Of a stretch of 64,000 nt of DNA, positions 27,571 through 47,479 are shown one piece after another. How positions within the stretch are numbered: position 1 is the stretch's first letter; each line of letters opens with the position of its first letter. The DNA comes from Octopus sinensis (taxonomy: Eukaryota). Location of the stretch: positions 64,554,464 through 64,618,463 of the forward strand of contig NC_043011.1 of the NCBI RefSeq assembly GCF_006345805.1, read 5' to 3'. The position numbers and the translations under genes are program-made. The notes below the pieces were generated by a model. That model was not told the origin of the DNA and did not search any database. It saw nothing but the letters and a program-made list of their open reading frames with translations.

Positions 27571-28062
27571 GTAAGTAAAATCCATATCATTTCACTTCAT
27601 CTCGCAACGAGTGAGGTATCCATTATCTCTCAATACGTATATATGTATACCCGTCTCTCTACCTCCTTCCCCACCTCTCTCCCTCTCTCTCTCTCTCCAT
27701 TTATATATATATATGTATCACCGTGATCGTCGTGACTGACCAGGCTATCGGATGCTTCTATACATCGCTTATCACCATGCGCTTCGCAATGTTTTTATTT
27801 CAATGACGCCATCCCGATAGATAAGAGAGAAGGCCAACAGAAAAAAGAGCGAGAGAGCTTTGTGGCGAAAGAGAACAGGAGGGATAGCCACCACCTCCTG
27901 CCGTAGCCGTCTCCGCATACAAACGCGCGCACACACACACACACACCCACACTCACACAAACACATTCATATATATATAGACACATATATATAGATAGAT
28001 AGATAGGTATAACAAATACATATATTTTTTATCTATGAACTTATACGCATGTATATATATAC

Positions 28063-28124
<62 letters not shown>

Positions 28125-28699
28125 GTTTATATATTTGTTGTGCAAGATTTGTTACGTGAGGTCGTGTGTGGAAACAGATATTGTTATATTTCGGAATGGT
28201 CATTTTGCCAGTTTAGCAAATAAAAACACACGCACTATATATTTGGTGTTATATTGCTTCAGTTTTATTTATTTTTTACATTAATCTTAATCTTATTTCG
28301 GCTAGAGTTCTTTCGTGAAACTCCTGTGACCGCATGAGTGGTCCTTTTTTTCTTCATTCTTATTTGTTTCTCTCCTTACTCAACCGTAAGCCATTTTGTA
28401 TTTCTATTGAATGTTTTTATTTGCGCATGCTTATATCTCTATGTGTGTCTACGTTCATTCAGTGTGCGTATGTGTGGGGGATGCCTGTAATATTTGTATC
28501 TTCTGTTTATATACGTTCATGTAATTTGTTTTTGTTGTTGATTTTGTTTATTCTTGTTTTGTTCACGTGTTTACATCCACTTATTATTATCATTACATAT
28601 GCTTGTATGTATGTATAACATCAATACTAGTAATAATAATAATTGAAAAAAAAGAAACAAATCTAATATAGTTATTTTTATAGTTATGTATTTCTATAT

Positions 28700-30500
28700 A
28701 GTAAGATAGAAAAGAAAATAGGGAAGGCCAACTCTTGGTATGATAGCCATAAATACCAGAGTGTCATGTTCTTTGACACCACCCCAGGAGGTGAACTGGC
28801 GTACCGCTTTAGAAGGACATCAATATAAATGAAGAAGCTGTAATAAAGCTCTAAATAAATTGAAAACAAACTCAGCCACTGGTCCCGATGGATTCCCAAT
28901 AATCCTTCTAAAAGTATGTAAGAGAGTCCTAGCAAGACCACTGCAGTTCCTCTTTCAGAGCTTCCTTGCAACTGGCAAACTTCCAAGAAAACTGAAGGAA
29001 GGAAAATATGCCCTATTCGTAAAGGAGGCAGCAGAGCGGAGGCCAAGAACTACAGACCTATCTCTCTGACCTCACACATCAGCAAGGTCATGAACGAATA
29101 GTCAGAAGGAAACTATTCACCTTCCTTGACGAAAATGACTTGCTGCCTGACACCCAACCTGGTTTCCGACTAGGAAGAAGCTGCCTAACTCAGCTCCTAC
29201 AACACTATGGCTGGGTGCTGAAACGACTGCTCAACAACTCAAATGTGGAAGTGATATATTTCGACTCCGCAAAGGCCTTTGATAAAGTCGATCATGGAAT
29301 GATATGTCACAAACAGCGTGATCTTGGCATAGTAGGTAAATTGGGAGAATGGCTTCATGTCTTTCTGAAGGATAGAAGCCATTATGTAGTAGCCAATGGG
29401 GCCACTTCAATTAACACGCAAATAGTGAGCGGTGTTCCGCAGGGCACTGTTTTGGGACCACTACTGTTCATAATGGCCTTCACTGACATGCCCTCATCCA
29501 CGCTGCGAGCCATGACCACAGGTTATGCAGATGATACAAAAGTTTCACAGGCAATACAGAACCCTGAAGACACTAAGCACCTGCAACGTGACCTGGACAA
29601 AATATACTAGTGGGCTGATAAGAATAGCATGCAGTTCAATGCTGAAAAGTTTCAAGCTTTATGCTATCAGCATGCAAAACTAAATGCAAAACCTAATATA
29701 TTCACTGGACTTGGAGGGATTGCAATTCCAGAGGCACAATCAAATCGAGACCTGGGTATTTACATGTGCATGTTGCTAAATTGGCAATGAAATGTAGGCG
29801 GTTGACCAGATGGATTCTTAGAACCTTTAGAACAAAAGACCAGAAAACCATGATGGTCCTCTAGAGGACACTTGTCCTAAGCCACTTTGACTATTGCTCT
29901 CAGCTATGGTCACCATCCAGTGTCAAGTTAATCACAGAACATAAGGCGATCCAACGAGGCTACACGAAGAAGATAGACTCTCTGTAGCATATAAGCTACT
30001 GGGAAAGTCTCAAGAGATTAAAACACTATTCCTTAGAGCGTAGGCGAGAAAGATATGCCATAATATACATCTGGAAGATCCTAGAAGGACTTGTCCCAAA
30101 CTTTGGAATGGAGAGTTACACAAATACCAGAACTGGGCGCCACTGCATAGTGCCAAAGACTCCAAATTTTCCCCCAAGATGTAGGACAAGATACTGAGAT
30201 AGCCTGGGCTTCCGAGATCCACAGCTCTTCAAAATCTCCCAAAGAACCTGAGAGACCTGCATGGGGTGGATGCGGATGTCTTTAAAAAAAAAACTGGATC
30301 TCTTCCTTTCAGGTGTCCCAGATGTACCAACTTCACGGCAGGAGGTGCAGATGAGGGCAGCTGCATTGAACTCTCTTATGCACCAAATGGCAATTGCTAA
30401 AAAAGCATTCATGATGTAAAATCATGTAGCAACACTTAATGGCGGTGCACCAGCATGTCCACACCTCGTGACCTGAAACTAGATAAAATAAAAAAAATAT
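28700..30500 (+). mobile_element. CR1-like LINE, RT and 3' end, decayed
   Basis: GPDGFP, QPGFRLGRSC, AKAFDKVDH, SGVPQGTVLGPLLF, YADD, ERRRERY, A-rich tail. Lies in intron 1 of copy B. Confidence 0.92.
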
Positions 30501-30596
30501 AAAATAAAAAAAATATATATATTTATATATTTATATATATATGTATATTATTATATTATTATAGTATAAATATGTATATATATATATATATGTATA

Positions 30597-30640
<44 letters not shown>

Positions 30641-30979
30641 TACATATATATATATATATTTCTATATATATATATATATATATGTATATGTATATATATG
30701 TGTATGTGTATAAAGATATATATTTATATACATAGTAACAGGGAGGATATTTAAAACTCATAAATGTATTAATCAAGATAAAGTGGTTCAATATATCATA
30801 TTTTCTAGCGATATTTCTTCAATGAATATATGAGAAAAATATCGAAAACAGTTAAGCAGTATTATCTACTCAAACAGAATATTCTAATTTATAATAATCG
30901 ATATCTAATTAATGAATATGCTAATTAATAGATAACTTAATTCTTTACAATTGGATATCTCTGTTTTGTATCTCGATAA

Positions 30980-31049
30980 AATTACTGATTATAATAATAA
31001 TAAAATTAATAATAGTAATAATAATATTATTAATAATAATAATAATAAT

Positions 31050-31097
<48 letters not shown>

Positions 31098-31103
31098 TAT
31101 AAT

Positions 31104-31158
<55 letters not shown>

Positions 31159-31175
31159 GTAGTAATAATAATAAT

Positions 31176-31239
<64 letters not shown>

Positions 31240-31240
31240 T
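30980..31240. repeat. (AAT)n tract at the 5' junction of a family 1 LINE
   Basis: Direct inspection. Confidence 0.95.
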
Positions 31241-32850
31241 GAACTGCTAACAGAACTGTACAATGATGTTTTGCAACACCCTAGTAGGATGACTCCTTGG
31301 CTAGTTAATGGGTTAACATCCTATGGTTTTTTAATTGACCACAGCATATTCCCTAATGAAGAGAATGGATGTAAACGTGGATCCTACGGTTCGTAAAAAT
31401 CAACTATTCATCAAAAAGATGATATTAGAAGATTTTCACACACGACATAAAAACATATCAATAGCCTGGGCAGACTATAAAAAGGGTTTTGATAGCCTAC
31501 CACATAGCTGGATAAAGAAATACCTGGAAATGTATAAAATAACACCTACTATGCGAAACGTCTTGGTTGTAAGTATGAGATCATGGAGAACTACACTAAT
31601 TGTGAACAGTGACAATGAATCTCTAAATGCTGGTGATATAAAAGTTTTATGTGGCATTTTCAAGTGTGACTCACTATAACAACTACTAAGATGTTTAGTC
31701 TTGATGCCCCTCTCAAAACTGCTCAATGACGCGCAGTACGATATAAAATGTTTCATAAAAATATAAATCATCTCCTTTACATGGATGATTGAAAGCTCTT
31801 TGCAAAAAATGACCAACAACTCAATAGCTTACTAGAGATTTTTGAATAATTCAGTGTTGACATCAGAATGCAATTTCGACTCGATAAAGGTGCAAAAGCT
31901 ACCTTTATCAAAGGAAAAATGACAGAAACATCTAACGTAATACTTGACCAGCAGAATGTCATACAAGAATTAGACCCAGGGAGACCTACAACTACCTGTG
32001 GGTAATTGAAGGGGATGGAATAAGGCATTCAGTGATGAAGGAAAGGATCAGTAGCGAATGTTATTACAGCGTAAGAGCAATACTCAAGACAGAGCTGAAT
32101 GCGAGAAACAGGATCGAAGTGATCAATGCATTAGCCACACACGTCGTGACTGACAGTTTCAATATCGTTAACTGGTCAATTACAGAAATATGTAATATTG
32201 ACAGAAAAATACGAAAACTGTTGACAATGCTTAGAATGAACCACTCTAAGGAAGATACAGAACGACTTTAACTGCCAAGAAAAGAGGGAGGCCGTGGACT
32301 TTTACAACTGGATATAACAATTAAAATTGCTTCAATTGGCCTCGCCACCTACCTGAAAAACTGTGAGGACTGAATGTTAAAACTTGTCTCAAAAAAATGA
32401 AAACAAGAGCGCATCACACTCAGTAACAAAACAGGCAAAGGAATACCTAAGTGAATTCCGAATACAACAAATATCGGAATTAGACATACAAGAAACAAGC
32501 ACAGAAAAAGCTAAGCGCATGAAAACCCGTGCTAAATCGGCGGCCATATATATTGTCTGTTAACTGACACGAAAAAGACCTCTCTATGGCAAATACCCAA
32601 AGAGAGCGAATAATGCCGATGTTGACAAAACACTTACCCAGCAATGGCTAATGGCATCTGGCTTAAAATCTGAAACAGAAGCGTTTATCATAGCAGCTCA
32701 AGATCAATATCTACCAACAAGAAACTACCAGGCCAACATATTAAAAACGGCAGTAGTCCAACGTGTCGTGTATGCCAGCAACAAAATGAAACCATTGATC
32801 ATGTTGCATCCAAGTCCAGTCTTCTAGCGCCTACAGAGTACCTCAATAGG
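31240..32850 (+). mobile_element. R4/Dong-like LINE family 1 (paralog of 1-720), 3' end deleted
   Basis: AWADYKKGFDSLPH, HLLYMD, RAILKTELNARNRIEVINALA. Breaks off at 32850 into repeat family H. Confidence 0.9.
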
Positions 32851-32854
32851 CATG

Positions 32855-33417
32855 GTCGCGCTTGCGCTAAAAATAGATCCGCAATGGTCTCAAACACCAA
32901 GAATTGTTCACAACGAGAATTAGCACATCTATGAACGTTAGCGAGCGGGACAAATAAAAAATATCAAAAATGTAGATTAATTATAGACATGTCTTTCGCT
33001 GTTAATGGATTATGCAATGTTACTTACATAATAGTACTGCAGCTCTTCAGTAGAATTTGTCGTGAATACAATTTACTGAACCGCACGCCAGGTTTTGACA
33101 TAAAGACAAACACTGACGTGTATCAGTCTATTATATTATGATACGAATGCCCTCGTTATAGAGCGCAAAAAATACCCGGAAACAAATACTGCATAAATAA
33201 TTTACTTCAGTATAATTAAAATGAAAAATAAGAGTGAAAAATGTGTATATTAATTTAATAATAACATCAATTTAACACCAAGTGGTTTAGCGCATAAAAT
33301 CCTGGAATGCAGTAAAAATTAATACACAAACATAAGAATATATTTCTTTCCTTTTCTGAACGTGTACCACTTACTAGCGTTTTTGTTTTTTCATGTTTGT
33401 TCTTCTTTAGAGATTTA

Positions 33418-33420
<3 letters not shown>
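32855..33420. repeat. Repeat family H (paralog of 1575-2400, collapsed to about one unit)
   Basis: Sequence match to 1590-2030, then to 2290-2410. Confidence 0.75.
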
Positions 33421-33497
<77 letters not shown>

Positions 33498-33519
33498 TTA
33501 TATACATCATTTACATCAT

Positions 33520-33845
33520 TTACATTTGACGGATATTTGTTCTCGTTCCTAAGATATTTTACGATGATATTATTATTACTATTCAGGTCACTGCCTGGAA
33601 TCGAAATCGGAATCTTGCGGTGAAGAGCGCGGGCTACTAAACCCGTGATTCCGAGGTTGATTCCAGACAAAGCGCATAGTAATGATAATAATATAAATAA
33701 AAAAAAAAAAAAATAATAACAACAACAACGACATCGTAAACTACATTAGGAATGAGATATGAAGTTCGACATTGCCCCAAAAGCCCTGTTGAAGGCTGGA
33801 GTGTATATCAGCCGATCGTTTGGTGACAAATATCCGTCAAATATA
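33520..33845. mobile_element. Inverted SINE pair (paralog of 2495-3095)
   Basis: atttgacggatatttg (~33523) versus caaatatccgtcaaat (~33827). B-box remnant gatttcgattcc on the minus strand. Confidence 0.7.
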
Positions 33846-33919
33846 TTAATAATGAAAATTATAGAAGTGATACTGATATAAGTGAATAATGATTGACATA
33901 AATGTTCTTCGATTTGAAG

Positions 33920-34019
33920 GTTATGTCGCAGCACATTTCTGCTATGTTACAGCGGTAACAATATGTCCTGATTCTATGAGCAAATATCCTTTAAGAAACC
34001 CGGATCCCCAATATTGCGA
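33920..34019 (+). CDS. Copy B coding exon 2 (G)YVAAHFCYVTAVTICPDSMSKYPLRNPDPQYC(D)
   Basis: Acceptor ttcttcgatttgaag|GT and donor TGCGA|gtaact. 100 nt, phase 1 to phase 2, open. Same length and frame as paralog 3172-3271. The AAG acceptor is weaker than CAG or TAG. Confidence 0.8.
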
Positions 34020-34189
34020 GTAACTATGCTTGTTTTCAACGATTACTTATATTTTCCTACCTTAATTTATAATTAATAATACTTGAACTTTTCCTATATT
34101 TTGTGATATGATGCCTTGCTCTTTATATTAATTAGACATAATAGGTGTGTGTGCGTTTCTGCGTATGTGTGTATATGTATGTATGTATG

Positions 34190-34263
<74 letters not shown>

Positions 34264-34289
34264 TATATATGTATATGAAAATCGTGAAT

Positions 34290-35660
<1,371 letters not shown>

Positions 35661-35687
35661 TTTGGTTGGCGTATATTTAGGATTTAA

Positions 35688-35730
<43 letters not shown>

Positions 35731-35765
35731 TATATATATATAATATATATATATATAAATATAAC

Positions 35766-35890
<125 letters not shown>

Positions 35891-38052
35891 AGCTTAAGTT
35901 GACCCGATCTACGCGCAGGTAAGTGTGTGTTTGCTACTTTCTGTTGCTTCCCTTCTTTTTTTATCACCACATTCTCCCTTTTTTTTTCTCTCTTACTTTC
36001 CCCCTCTGTTCATCTTACTTTCTCTCGGATTCTCCCTCGCTTTCTCTTACTCTCTATCTTTCTCTATCGATCTCTCCCCATTTATTAATAACCAAAGATC
36101 TTGAGAAAGTTGAGAAACAAAATATTTTGAAAGATCAATCATAAAAATCAGTCAGTGACAACGGAAACATCTGCTTCAAGGCATACAGCAAAACTCTAAC
36201 ATTTTAAAGGGACAGACGAACTTGTGAACTGAATAATAGTAAAAAAATAATTTCGTAAACCAAAGTTTGAAGGGATAGAATCTGAGGATAGTAGAGTCAC
36301 TATGGCTGGCATTTCTTAACGACGGACAGCAACGTAGTGGCAGTTTAACGGCTGGTGTAAACTTTTCTATATACACTTTGTATATATACATTATATATAC
36401 ATATTTATATATAGAACACACACACATCCACATATATAAATAAACCCAATAAATATCTTATTCATAATATTTGTTCTCATGATTGTGTGGTGGTCGTAGC
36501 AATGGTAATTCTCTCTATGAATGCAGACATACGTAGAGAGAGATTGTGTGAAAGCGCTGTCAAAGGCGGGGAGGGGGTTAGATATAGGACTCTATGTAAC
36601 GACGTTATAAATAATAGGGGTGGATATTATCAGTTTTTCTTAGTAAATTTAAAAAGAACGAAGAGCTCATTTACATGTAATTTATAAAATATGAATACTT
36701 ACTTTTTGTAATGGACAGTTAAAGCATTGATAAAATGTGCTTTAAGTATAGCTTAGAAAAATGGAAGACAGCAAATGAGGGATTATGTTAAGGATTTTAA
36801 TATTTTCAGTAAAGCAAAATGTTAAAAAATAAATTTTAAGAACGGAAAGTTATCACCAGAAGGCAAACGAATAGCCCGTATTAGAAATAATTTTATTTTG
36901 GGTAAAAAGTTTATTTAGTACTCAGAAAATTACCCGAGCATGTGCCTCGCTCTTTTGCAATTTCCTCACTCTAGCTCGGTGTTTTCATAAGTTGGAGCTC
37001 TTACGCATAGCTATATTGAAAAGCAAATCTGAAAAATGAAATATTTGGAAACCTACAGTTGATTTGGTTTAGAATCAGAAAACGAATAAAATAGTTAAGA
37101 TGTAAATATTTCAAAACTGGAAAAGTTTTCAAATTTACAGAAAAAACTTTTGTTAACGACGGTCGGCTTCAGCTTACAAATAAATTCTTTTTATCCACGC
37201 AAAAATAAATAATATCTGTTACCTTTCAGAAAGACCCGTGTTAGGAATATTTAAAATTTTGCGGCTGTCATTAAGAGACGCGTTGGAGAAGAAAGAGAGA
37301 CGGTGGAGGTGCCAAACGTCTATATATAGAGAGAAAAAATGGAGAGAAGGGGGAAACGAGAAAGTTCGAGGAAGAAAAGGTGATATATAAAAGAGAGGAC
37401 TGAAAAATGAAATAAGATGATTTGTTTTAAGAGAAAGATTCTCATGATTGTGTGGTGGTTGTGGCGATGATAATTCTCTTTATGAATGCAGACAGACGTA
37501 GAGAGAGAGAGAGAGAGTAACAGCGCTGGCGAAGGAAAGATAGTAGACGCTATCAAAGGATGTTATAGAGAGAAAGTGAAAGGAAGGGAGGAGAGAGAGA
37601 GAGAGAGTGACAGTGCTGGCGAAGGAAAGATAGTAGATGCTATCAAATGACGTTATAGATAGACAGTGAAAGGAAGGGAGGAGAGAGAGAGAGATGGAGG
37701 ATGACAGGCAGACAATAGAATCCGATGGCGGCGACGGATATATAATAGACGCTGTGAAACGACAGTAAATATAGAATGTGGTGGGAACGAAGGAAAAAGA
37801 GTGAGTGATGGAGAAAGACAGATACATAAAAGAATGAGAGTTGACTTGTCAAAGTGCGTTTTTGACCCTAGCAACGGCACCTTTTAAGATGAGGCTTTCT
37901 AACTAGCCCACACGAATCCTCATCTCATGTTACATGTTCCTGTAAATATTTGAGTCAATCCGACGGGATCTAGTGGCCTTTAATCCGTTCTCAATGCCAA
38001 AACCAGACAAACAAACAAACTTTTCGCATTTCAGAATTATAATATATGTGTG

Positions 38053-38101
<49 letters not shown>

Positions 38102-38492
38102 TATTTATTTAATTTTTTGATGCTCTATTTTGTTTTTTACCTGTTGAGCGACTCTGTTTATATTGGAAGTGTTTTCTCTAATAATATAATCATTTCTTAT
38201 ATATAGTAGCGAAACACGTGTCCTTTTTCTAACTATTATATATATATATATATTACATTATTTTTGTAACTTACATAATCTTTACTTTTCATTGTTATTT
38301 GAATTTTAAATATTTCTATTATATGTAATTTTCTAGATGATGTAATTTAATTATTCATTTTGAATTGATAAAAGGTGGTTGTTTTTCTAATATTTTATAT
38401 ATATATTATTTTGTGTGGAATTTCATTCAGTATTTCTAAATTGAATTCTTTTTCCTTGTACGTCTGAAATTTATTCCCTCAAATGATAATAA

Positions 38493-38596
<104 letters not shown>

Positions 38597-38609
38597 AATA
38601 AATCCAAAC

Positions 38610-39960
38610 TTCCGACCAGGAAGAAGCTGCTTAACTCAGCTCCTACAACACTATGACTGGGTGCTGAAACTACTGCTCAACCACTCAAATGTAGAAGTGG
38701 TATATCTCGAATTTGCAAAGACCTTTGATAAAGTCGATCAAGGAATGATATGTCACTAACTGCGTGATCTTGGCATAGTTGGAAAATTAGGAGAATGGCT
38801 TCATGACTTTCTGAAGGATAGAAATCAAGTGGTAGGTGCCAATAGGGTCACTTCCATTAACACGCAAATAGTGAGAGGTGTCCGCAGGGCACTGTTTTGG
38901 GACCTCTACTGTTCATAATGGCCCTCTCAGACATGTCCTCAGCCACGCAGAGAGCCACGATCACAAGTTACGCAGATGATACAAACGTTTCACAGGCAAT
39001 ACAGAACCCTGAAGACACTAAGCACCTGCAATGTGAGCTGGACAAAATATACAAGTGGACTGAAAAGAATAGCATGCAGTTCAATGCTGGAAAGTTTCAA
39101 GCTTTATGCTATCAGCATGCAAAACTGAATGCAATACCCAATGAATACACAGGACCGGGAGGGATTGCAATCCCAGAGGCACAATCAGAGCGTGACCTGG
39201 GTATTCACATGAGTGATAACGCAACCATTCATGTACATGTTGCTAAACTGGCAATGAAATGTAGACGGCTGGCCGGATGGATTCTTAGAACCTTTAAAAC
39301 AAGAGAACAAGAAACCATGATGGTCCTGTGGAAGACACTTGTCCTAAGCCACTTTGACTATTGCTCTCAGCTATGGTCACCATCCAGTGTCAAGTTGATC
39401 ACAGAACGTGATGCGATCCAACGAAGCTACACGAAGAAGATAGCCTCTGTTCAGCATATAAGCTACTGGGAAAGACTCAAGAGATTAAAACTCTATTCCC
39501 TGGAGCGTAGGCGAGAAAGATATGCCATAATATATATCTGGAAGATCCTAGAAGGACTTGTCCCAAACTTTGGCATCGAGAGTTACACAAATGCCACAAC
39601 CGGGCGCCACTGCGTATTACCAAGGGCTCCAAATTTGCCATCATGATGTAGGACAAGATACTGTGATAGCCTGGGCTTCCGAGATCCACAGCTCTTCAAT
39701 ATCCTCCCGAAGAACCTGAGGGACCTGCATGGTTTAAATGCGGATGTCTTTAAAGTGAGACTGGATCTCTTCCTGTCAGGTGTCCCGGATGAACCAACTT
39801 CACGGCAGGAGGTGCAGATGAGGGCAGCTGCATCGAACTCCATCATGCACCAAGTGGCAGTTGCTAAATAGCATTCGTGAGGTAAAATCATGTAGCAAAC
39901 CAAATGGCGGTGCCCCAGCATGGCCACGGCTCATGAGCTGAAACTTAAAAAAATCAAAAT
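38610..39960 (+). mobile_element. CR1-like LINE, RT to 3' end
   Basis: ORF 38897-39646 has GPLLF, YADD and LKLYSLERRRERY. 3' end aatggcggtgccccagcatggccacggctcatgagctgaaac. Confidence 0.93.
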
Positions 39961-40495
39961 CAAATCAAATCATATACACAAGCAGCTAAGCGTGGATTCA
40001 CCCGGTTTGTTTGGATGATGTAGCTATGATCGTTTTCGGTTAAGCATAATCTATGACATCCTTACTCAAACTAATCATTTTGGTCCATGTTTTGATTGGA
40101 ATCTCCGAGCGTAAGAAAAATTTCTGACTCTCCCCACCTTATCAAAAACTGCTTCAGGAGTTGTAAGTATGAATTTGTACGTGGTCTTTTTCTGAGAGCT
40201 ATTCTTTTGGACCTCTGAATAATTATTAAAATATTGATTCAATTATGACCATAGAAAGTAATTATACTTTAATCCCTATTTTTGTAAGCAGTTGTATCCC
40301 AAAATTTTATTTCCAGAGAGAATAAGTTGAAGGAAGATGTATGAAATAGACGTGTGTGTGTGTGTATGTATGCATGCGTGCTTGCACAAGTGTATGAGAG
40401 AGAGAGAAGGAGGTGAGAAAGAGTAAATTAGTGAAGGTGTCGTGATGTTTCCCGTCTTTTAAGGTACACTAATAATAATAATAATAATAATAGTG

Positions 40496-40546
<51 letters not shown>

Positions 40547-40587
40547 TAATAATAATAATAATAATAATAATAATTAATAAAAATAAA

Positions 40588-40633
<46 letters not shown>

Positions 40634-40667
40634 TTAATAAAAATAATAATAATAATAATAATAATAA

Positions 40668-40800
<133 letters not shown>

Positions 40801-41643
40801 GATAGAGCTGCACAATATATTCACTGGGTAATCTGTAAAAACCTGGATTTGCCCCATGAAAAAAACTGGTGGGAACACAAACCACACCCAGTGCTTGAAA
40901 ATGACCACATCTCACTCCTCTGGAACTTCACCATTCAAACTGACAGGAAGATAGATGCAAATAGGCCAGACATCATATTGAAAAAATTCAAACAAAGAAC
41001 ATGCCTCCTCATTGATATGACTGTCCCAATCGATATAAACGTATCTGTCAAGACCTACCAAAAACTGAGCAAATATAAAGATCTTGAAATAGAAATCAGC
41101 AAAATGTGGAAGCTGAAGACTAAAACAATACCTGTTGTCATAGGTGCCCTGGGAATGATAGCAAAAGGGGCTGATAGCTACCTAACTCAGATACCAGGAA
41201 ACCCAAAAATGGCAGAAGTTTAAAAGATAGTGCTCATGGGAACTGCTCATATCCTACGCAAAATACTCTCTATGTAATCTCAAGGTTTAAAACAAACATA
41301 ATTTTCGGTTTAAAAAAAAAAAAACCTTTTTTTTTAGACATTCATTAGTACAACATCCCCACCCCCCAAATATATGGCACACTAGGCATAACAACAACAT
41401 GAACTTCCAACCCTGTTGTCTCTTGAGGTCTCTGGGTGAGACTTGGAGCCAAATTGTACAAATATAAAGCAAAAGTCAAACATAGAATAATAATAATAAT
41501 AATAAAAATAAAAATAATAATGATACAAAAAAAGATATATTGCACACTAGGCATAGTGACAACGTGAACTTCCAACCTGGTGTCTCTTGAGGTTTCTGGG
41601 TGAGACTTGGGATCAACATGTACAAACATAAAGCAAAAGTCAA

Positions 41644-41660
<17 letters not shown>
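40801..41660 (+). mobile_element. R4/Dong-like family 1 3' end with a duplicated 3' UTR, after (AAT)n at 40455-40800
   Basis: ORF 40849-41223 has RPDIILK..LLIDMTVP..KLSKYKDL. The UTR motif cacactaggcata..gaacttccaac occurs at ~41380 and ~41545. Confidence 0.9.
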
Positions 41661-41676
<16 letters not shown>

Positions 41677-41777
41677 AATAATAATAAAAAATATATTAAT
41701 AGTAATAATAATAATACCAAAAATAATAATAATAATGATAATAATAATTAAAAAATAATAGTAATAATAATAATAAT

Positions 41778-42056
41778 AAAGGTACTGAAACATATTTGAA
41801 TATGATTCCAGGCCTACCATCCCTACAGGAAGTGCAAAAAATCTTATAAATTGCAACGGCTCATGTAATGAGAAGAGCATTATCGCTGTAAAAACAACAT
41901 CCATTCATGAATGAATTTATATATTAATTTTTAAATATATATTTAATCTGTAAATTTGTGTGTGTAACCTGGGAATGCATACAATGAGCTTCTCTGGCCT
42001 AGGTGTATGGAAAACACTCGGCAAGAAATGGAAGAAAATTTGAAGAAAGAAGGAAA
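41778..42056 (+). mobile_element. R4/Dong-like family 4 3' end
   Basis: GTETYLNMIPGLPSLQEVQK..AHVMRRALSL* followed by UTR and (AAT)n. Confidence 0.85.
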
Positions 42057-42108
42057 AGTAATAATAATGATGATGATAATAATAATAATATTAATAAGAA
42101 TAATAATG

Positions 42109-42144
<36 letters not shown>

Positions 42145-42175
42145 GTAATAATAATAATAATAACAATAAAATAAT

Positions 42176-42211
<36 letters not shown>

Positions 42212-42457
42212 TAAAAAATACTAATAATAGTAAAAGAACAATAAAACTATTAATAATAATAATAATAATAATAATACTAATAAAAATATTAATAATAATA
42301 AAAAAATAATAATAATATTAATAATAGTAATAATAAAAATATAATAATAATATTAATAATAATAATAATAAAAATATTAATAATAGTAATAATAATCAAA
42401 ATAATAATAATAATACTAATAATACTAATAATAATATTAATAGTAAAAATATTAATA

Positions 42458-42527
<70 letters not shown>

Positions 42528-42555
42528 TATTAATAATAGTAATAATAAATTTACC

Positions 42556-45593
<3,038 letters not shown>

Positions 45594-45682
45594 TATTAAT
45601 AATAATAAAAACAATAATAACAAAAATAATAATAATAAAGATAATAATATTAAAAAAAATAATAGTAATAATAATAATAATA

Positions 45683-47050
45683 AAGGTACTGAAACATATT
45701 TGAATATGATTCCAGGCCTACCATCCCTACAGGAAGTGCAAAAATCTTATTAACTGTAACGGCTCATGTAATGAGAAGAGCATTATCGCTCTAACAACAA
45801 CATCCATCCATGAATTTTTTTATTTATTAATTTTTAAATATATATTTAATCTGAATTTTCGTGTGAAATCTGGGAATACATACGCTGAGCTTCTCTGCTA
45901 TAGGTGCATGGAAAACACTCGGCGAGAAACGGAAGAAAATTTGAAGAAAGAAGGAAAATTAATAATAATGATGATGATGATAATAATAATAATAATAAGA
46001 AGAAGAAGAATAGTAATTATGATAATAATAATAATAATACGGTTCAAATATCTAACAGGAATGCACAAAAAGCTGGCTGAAAACTTTAATAACTTACTGG
46101 CAGAGCCAGTGAAAATGCCTGAATGACTCACGAACGGTAAAACCATCTTAATTCCCAAATCCAATAAGAAAGCAAAACCAGAAAAATTAAAACACCTAAC
46201 CTGTCTCCCTACAATGTACAAAGCATTCACTGCAGTAATATGACGAATATTGAACAAGCACCTGGACGATAAAAATCTGTATCCAGAACAGAAATGTGCC
46301 GCGAATGTTCATATGATTGTAAAGATCAACTAATGACCAATTTAGCCATAACTGAAGGCAGCCATAGAAACAAGAAAGGCTTCAGTATGGCCTGGATTGA
46401 CTACAGAAAGGCGTTTGATAGCATCCCCCACACATGGATCCTCGAAATTCTAGCCATGAACAAAGTTGCACCAAAAATATAAAATACATAGGACACGCTA
46501 TGAATAAATGGCAAACAGTGCTACAGCTCCAAACAAAAGAGGGACTCATGAAAACCAAAACCATCCCCATTAGAAGAGGAATATTCCAGGGAGACACACT
46601 CTCTGCACTCCTTTTCTGCTTGGTACTGTCACCTATATCTGATATGCTAAATAGAACTGGATGCGGATATAAATGTTACGCCAAAACGATCAATCACCAT
46701 CTATGTATGCATAAACTAAAACTATACGCTACAAATGACACAAAGCTGGAAACATTATTAAAGAGATTTCATGGATTGACCAAAGAAATAGATATGAAAT
46801 TTGGATTAGAAAAATGCGCCAAAGTAACACTGAAAAGTGGAAAGCTAGTTACGATTAGCAACATCACACTAGATAAAACCAATGAAATAAGAGAAGTAGA
46901 CCAAAGCCAAATTTAGAAATACTTAAGAATCCATGAACTAGATAAGACAAAACACACAAAAATGTAATAAAAAATAAAAAAAGAATATTATAGACGAGTT
47001 AGATCAATACTAAAATCAGAGCTCAATGCTAAAAACAAGATAATAGGTTT
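45683..47050 (+). mobile_element. Family 4 3' end (45683-45957), (AAT)n, then a family 2 RT fragment (46040-47050)
   Basis: 45620-45985 duplicates 41700-42075. The family 2 truncation point (FKYLTGMHKK) is the same as at 6596. Confidence 0.88.
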
Positions 47051-47083
47051 TAAGACTATTACAATAAAAGTAATGTTATTATT

Positions 47084-47140
<57 letters not shown>

Positions 47141-47253
47141 GATGTCAATAATAATAATAATAAAAATAATCATAATAATAAGAATAAAGATAATAATAAT
47201 AAAAATATTAATATTAATAATAATAATATTAATAATAATAATAAAAATAATAA

Positions 47254-47301
<48 letters not shown>

Positions 47302-47337
47302 GAAGAAGAAGAAGAAGAAGAATAATTATAATAATAA

Positions 47338-47368
<31 letters not shown>

Positions 47369-47370
47369 AA

Positions 47371-47438
<68 letters not shown>

Positions 47439-47479
47439 TTAATAATAATAATATCGTTTTATCGTTATGTCTTTTACTA

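Noticed and set aside
36200-37900. Possible DNA transposon containing an internal direct repeat (36480-36560 ~ 37445-37530)
   Set aside because: No terminal inverted repeats or coding motifs identified, so it is left unassigned.
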